Positions 19,202 through 20,000 of a stretch of DNA of 20,000 nucleotides are shown one piece after another (within the stretch, counting starts at the first letter, position 1; each line of letters begins with the position of its first letter). The notes under the pieces are model-generated. The model saw only the letters and a list, made by a program, of their open reading frames with translations. It had not been told where the DNA came from and did no database searches. Source of the stretch: Chiloscyllium plagiosum (taxonomy: Eukaryota); contig NC_057717.1 in NCBI RefSeq assembly GCF_004010195.1, forward strand, positions 103,439,205 to 103,459,204. Direction: 5' to 3'. Both the position numbers and the translations under genes were made by a program.

Positions 19202-19441
19202 GTGGTATGATGGCCAAATGGTATTATTGTTAGACGTATGAATCCAGAGTTCCAGGTAACGCTCTGGGGAGCTGGGTTCATAACCTGCTATGACCGATGG
19301 TGGTAATTGAATTCAATTAAACAATTTGGATTTGAGAGTCAAATGATGGTCATGAAACCATTGTTCATTGTTGAGGGAAAACCCCCAAAATCTGGCTCCT
19401 TAATGCCCTTTAAGGAAGGAAATCTGTCATCCTTACCTGGC
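19202..19441 (+). mobile_element. SINE family S3 (3'-truncated)
   Basis: TGGCCAAATGGTATTATTGTTAGAC..AATCCAGAG..GGGTTCATAACC, then AAGGAAGGAAATCTGTCATCCTTACCTGG. Confidence 0.65.
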
Positions 19442-19444
19442 TCA

Positions 19445-19692
19445 ACTATCCTCCCAGGCAGGTCAGACTCCCACTACACTCTGGATGAGAGCACTTCTCC
19501 TCAAATCCCACTAAACCTCCTGTCTTTCAATTTGAAATTATTTCCCATTGTCACTGGCCTTTCGAGTCAGAGAAGCATCTGCTTCCTACCCGACCTTTCC
19601 ATGCTCCTCATAATCTTATATACCTCAATCAGGTGCTCCCTCGGCCATCCCTGCTCCAAAGCCAACAACTCAAGCTTATCCAGCCTCTCCAT
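19445..19692 (-). mobile_element. CR1 ORF2 C-terminal fragment
   Basis: Minus strand ERLDKLELLALEQGWPREHLIEVYKIMRSME, a decayed RLRGDLIEVYKIM block. Confidence 0.75.
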
Positions 19693-19694
19693 GC

Positions 19695-19876
19695 CTATAT
19701 GGGCTTCAGTAAAGCATTCAACAAGGTTCCTCATGGTAGACTGGTTAGCAAGGTTAGATCACACGGAATACAGTGAGAACTCGCCATTTGGGTACAGATC
19801 TGGCTTGAAGGGAGGTGACAGAGAGTGATGGTAGAGGGTTGCTTTCAGACTGGAAACCTGTGACCAATGGAGTGCT
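19695..19876 (+). mobile_element. CR1 RT fragment
   Basis: YMGFSKAFNKVPHGRLVSKVRSHGIQ*ELAIWVQIWLEGR*QRVMVEGCFSDWKPVTNGV. Homologous to 458-635. Confidence 0.9.
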
Positions 19877-19993
19877 AGGAGAAAGTGAGGACTGCAGATG
19901 CTGGAGTACCAGAGTTGAAAAATGTGGTGCTGGAAAAACACAGCAGGCCAGGCAGCATCCGAGGAGCAGGAGAAACGACAGTTCGGGCATAAG
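19877..19993. mobile_element. Short repeat family H1 copy adjoining the CR1 fragment
   Basis: GGAGAAAGTGAGGACTGCAGATGCTGGAG...GGCAGCATCCGAGGAGCAGGAG..TTCGGGCATAAGC. Confidence 0.85.
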
Positions 19994-20000
19994 CATAAAA

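Noticed and set aside
19307..19828. 173-aa ORF
   Set aside because: A chance read-through across a SINE, an antisense CR1 and an out-of-frame CR1 fragment.
3980..19993. CRISPR-like or prokaryotic defence/retron system made of RT plus dispersed repeats
   Set aside because: The repeats are irregularly dispersed in both orientations without unique spacers, the RT is CR1-type, and the DNA is vertebrate.

Overview
This is eukaryotic, repeat-dense, non-coding DNA. The repeat repertoire points to a cartilaginous fish, probably a carpet or bamboo shark (inferred from recognised repeat families, not from a search). I recognise no intact host protein-coding gene, rRNA, true tRNA or CRISPR array; nearly all listed ORFs are decayed retroelement fragments or chance ORFs. 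The window holds many CR1-clade LINE fragments (one ~1.9-kb RT-to-3' end copy at 1-1932), HE1-type V-SINEs, Deu-domain-like and other tRNA-derived SINEs, one solo LTR with a 4-bp target-site duplication (TSD) plus a probable second one, a Tx1/L1-like 3' end, and a Penelope-like element 3' end. The most interesting signal is that the Penelope-like terminal repeat and several short non-coding repeat families all carry a minimal type I hammerhead-ribozyme motif (CTGANGA-N-stem II-GAAA-palindromic stem III), with different but compensating stems. The catalytic cores are intact at 15301-15340 and 6878-6914. Other notable structures are a perfect 79-bp-arm hairpin (11327-11491), a 114-bp templated insertion inside the CR1 copy, and several repeat-free, homeobox-motif-rich islands that may be enhancers. 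Boundaries of old repeats are approximate.
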